64,000 nt of DNA, taken from the NCBI RefSeq assembly GCF_009914755.1, contig NC_060930.1; one strand, written 5' to 3'. A program made the position numbers and the translations under genes. This stretch comes from the human T2T-CHM13v2.0 reference genome, Homo sapiens. Positions 63,874-64,000 of the stretch are shown here, one piece after another. The notes beneath the pieces were generated by a model. It was given only the letters and a program-made list of their open reading frames with translations. It searched no databases and had not been told where the DNA came from. Numbering within the stretch: the stretch's first letter is position 1; each line of letters starts with the position of its first letter.

Positions 63874-64000
63874 AAAATTGAATTTTTTTCTTTTGGTATT
63901 CAGTTAGATGAATTTTAACACACATATACATTCCTGTAGTCAGTACCATCATCCAGATTCAGAAAGTTTATTACCCCCAAAAATCTCCCTCTATCTATAA

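Overview
Primate (hominoid, most likely human) genomic DNA from inside the LIN28B gene, which runs on the + strand. About 58 kb is the long intron upstream of one coding exon at 58372-58556 (185 nt, SKLFMEGFRSLKEGEPVEFTFKKSSKGLESIRVTGPGGSPCLGSERRPKGKTLQKRKPKGD-R). This matches LIN28B exon 3: the end of the cold-shock domain plus the basic linker. About 5.4 kb of the next intron follows. The rest is AT-rich intronic DNA with roughly 50 Alus (mostly antisense), a full-length antisense SVA with target-site duplication (TSD), several solo LTRs (MST/MaLR, MLT2A, MER39-like, MER74-like, LTR47-like), DNA-transposon MITEs, and old L1/L2/MIR remnants. The supplied ORF track is essentially repeat-derived noise and misses the real exon. 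I found no credible new multi-gene system. The most interesting unexplained structures are: three templated-insertion (fold-back/template-switch) scars, a 103-bp tandem duplication, a ~515-bp almost pure-AT minisatellite, candidate RBP-controlled cryptic splice sites (a (UG)15-Alu acceptor, a hairpin-masked T23 acceptor, a YCAY cluster), and the SVA and MLT2A LTR as possible regulators of LIN28B. Repeat family names were assigned by eye from remembered consensus sequences, and repeat boundaries are approximate.
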